A DNA stretch of 64,000 nt from Macrostomum lignano (taxonomy: Eukaryota): assembly GCA_002269645.1 (NCBI GenBank), contig NIVC01000011.1:124001-188000 (forward strand), written 5' to 3'. The notes beneath the pieces were generated by a model, which searched no databases, was not told the DNA's origin, and saw only the letters and a list, made by a program, of their open reading frames with translations. Below are positions 46,325 through 64,000 of the stretch, piece by piece. Positions within the stretch are counted from its first letter, which is position 1. Every line of letters starts with the position of its first letter. Position numbers and translations under genes: made by a program.

Positions 46325-47350
46325 GAGGGGCTTAAGCTCCAGGGGCTTTAGCACCAGGGGTATTATCACCAGGGGCTTTAGCACCAGAAGGTTTATCACT
46401 AGGGGCTTTAGCACCAGAAAGGTTTATCATTAGGGGCTTTAGCACCAGAAGGTTTATCACTAGGGGCTTTAGCACCAGAAAGGTTTATCACTAGGGGCTT
46501 TAGCACCAGAAGGTTTATCACTAGGGGCTTTAGCACCAGAAGGTTTATCACTAGGGGCTTTAGCACCAGAAGGTTTATCACTAGAGGCTTTAGCACCAGA
46601 AGGTTTATCACTAGGGGCTTTAGCACCAGAAAGGTTTATCATTAGGGGCTTTAGCACCAGAAGGTTTATCACTAGGGGCTTTAGCACCAGAAGGTTTATC
46701 ACTAGGGGCTTTAGCACCAGAAGGTTTATCACTAGGGGCTTTAGCACCAGAAAGGTTTATCACTAGGGGCTTTAGCACCAGAAAGGTTTATCATTAGGGG
46801 CTTTAGCACCAGAAGGTTTATCACTAGGGGCTTTAGCACCAGAAAGGTTTATCACTAGGGGCTTTAGCACCAGAAGGTTTATCATTAGGGGCTTTAGCAC
46901 CAGAAGGTTTATCACTAGGGGCTTTAGCACCAGAAAGGTTTATCACTAGGGGCTTTAGCACCAGAAAGGTTTATCATTAGGGGCTTTAGCACCAGAAGGT
47001 TTATCACTAGGGGCTTTAGCACCAGAAAGGTTTATCACTAGGGGCTTTAGCACCAGAAGGTTTATCACTAGGGGCTTTAGCACCAGAAGGTTTATCACTA
47101 GGGGCTTTAGCACCAGAAGGTTTATCACTAGGGGCTTTAGCACCAGAAGGTTTATCACTAGGGGCTTTAGCACCAGAAGGTTTATCACTAGGGGCTTTAG
47201 CACCAGAAAGGTTTATCACTAGGGGCTTTAGCACCAGAAAGGTTTATCACCAGGGGCTTTAGCACCAGAAAGGTTTATCATCAGGGGCTTTAGCACCAGA
47301 AAGGTTTATCACTAGGGGCTTTAGCACCAGGCCCGGCTTTAGCACCAGGG
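46325..47350. repeat. 30/31-bp minisatellite (~33 copies)
   Basis: Unit AGGGGCTTTAGCACCAGAA(A)GGTTTATCACT. Confidence 0.97.
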
Positions 47351-48218
47351 GCTTCTCCATTTGGCTCCCTGGTATTTAACTTTTCAAAGAGTTTAACTGC
47401 TAATCTTTGAACGCATATCGACCGACTATCTGAATCCAAACGATGTAGAGATTACGGCTTGAATACAAATGTTTACTTTTTTAATTGGGCAGCTTCCGGT
47501 TGTATACATGTACTAAACTGTTGCAGTGTACTGCTCATGACAATTTTTTAATTGTACCACTGCTGCCAATTGAGGCAACAGTGGACCACAGACAGATGAG
47601 AAGATTTGGCCAACCCTGAAGTACAAACGATTTTGAGAGGGGATGCATTGACATGAGAAGTGATACACACATGTAGATGCATTTTTATGAAATTCAGAAA
47701 TATTAAAGTCAATGCAGATACACTGCAGTTGTTGCCAGTACATCGAAGCACAACAAGAGTAACAAATAATGCTAATAGTAGGTAAACCATTAGCCGTTCG
47801 TTGTTGAAGCGTTTTATTGTTTCATTATAAAAAAGCTAAACGACTTTAGCAACAAATCAACAGGCAAATGTATTTCGTTTTCTTAGAATTTCTATTACAT
47901 TGGATGTTAATAAAATAATTTGACGCAAATTAAGACGTTTTGCTTAGGCTGAGCATTTAGAAAAATCACAGTTCGACAACAAAAATAAATAGGAATCTCT
48001 ACTATTAGTAGGCTACTTAGCAGTAGAAAAAAAACTATAGTAAGTTTTGAAAAGTACAAAAATAGACTAAATAGTAAATAAAAACCATCAAGTAAAAATT
48101 TCAGCAGAAGTCCAAGTGGGCGCTAGAAAATAATGATATTGAAAAAATCACAGTAACATATCCGGATACAAAAATAAAAATATATGATACAAAGTTGCTC
48201 TTTACATCCAAAAGCACT

Positions 48219-63589
<15,371 letters not shown>

Positions 63590-63639
63590 CTGCCGAATTT
63601 ACGACGAAAATATGTCAAGAAGCTACACAAACTACTAAG

Positions 63640-64000
63640 CAGTGGCGTAGCCAGGAATTTCAATTGGGGGGGGGGGGTTGGTCTGACTGGCCATGCCTTA
63701 TGCCATTGCCACTTTTGGCGCCGCAGGCACTCATTTTGGCGCCGCAGGCATTCATTTTGGCGCCGCGGGCACTCGTTTTGGCGCCGCAGGCAGTTGTTTT
63801 GGCGCCGCAGGCACTCATTTTGACGCTGCAGGCACTCATTTTGGCGCCGCGGGCACTCATTTTGGCGCAGCAGGCACTCATTTTGGCGCCGCGGGCACTC
63901 ATTTTGGCGCAGCAGGCACTCATTTTGGCGCAGCAGGCACTCATTTTGGCGCAGCAGGCACTCATTTTGGCGCCGCAGGCACTCATTTTGGCGCCGCAGG
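63640..64000. mobile_element. Start of a CAGTGGCGTAGCCAG-terminated element with an internal 21-bp minisatellite (63711-64000), running off the window
   Basis: The terminus resembles that of 34951-35138; repeat unit CATTTTGGCGCCGCAGGCACT. Confidence 0.55.

Overview
Animal genomic DNA, not prokaryotic: it has spliceosomal introns, SINEs/LINEs and dense intronic minisatellites. The style would fit a free-living flatworm such as Macrostomum, but that is an inference. Host genes: an intronless RASL10-like GTPase (-), a degraded Ig-domain/mucin-stalk gene (+), an unidentified two-exon gene (-), a complete five-exon tetraspanin (-), a complete four-exon anion-selective Cys-loop receptor (-), and a large multi-exon coiled-coil gene (-) with an opposite-strand ORF nested in one intron. 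The main feature is an 11.6-kb, recently inserted Ty3/Gypsy LTR element (9790-21423, - strand, 4-bp TSD TACC, near-identical ~1.04-kb LTRs). Its envelope-like glycoprotein lies BETWEEN gag and pol. Correcting three single-base homopolymer indels and removing a 1001-bp internal templated insertion gives one 2439-aa Gag-Env-PR-RT-RH-IN polyprotein with two membrane-spanning segments. In the usual env position after integrase there is instead a 70-aa ORF with an N-myristoylation motif and a RING finger. Also present: two Penelope-type minimal hammerhead motifs, tRNA-derived SINEs, a 2.7-kb TIR element with a 9-bp TSD carrying LINE fragments, a foldback MITE, a LINE with RNase H and a probable 5' inversion, a 7-nt microexon candidate, an intron made almost entirely of (AGT)n, and clusters of TA-flanked palindromic 8-mers. 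All homology calls come from motif recognition by eye; no searches were run.
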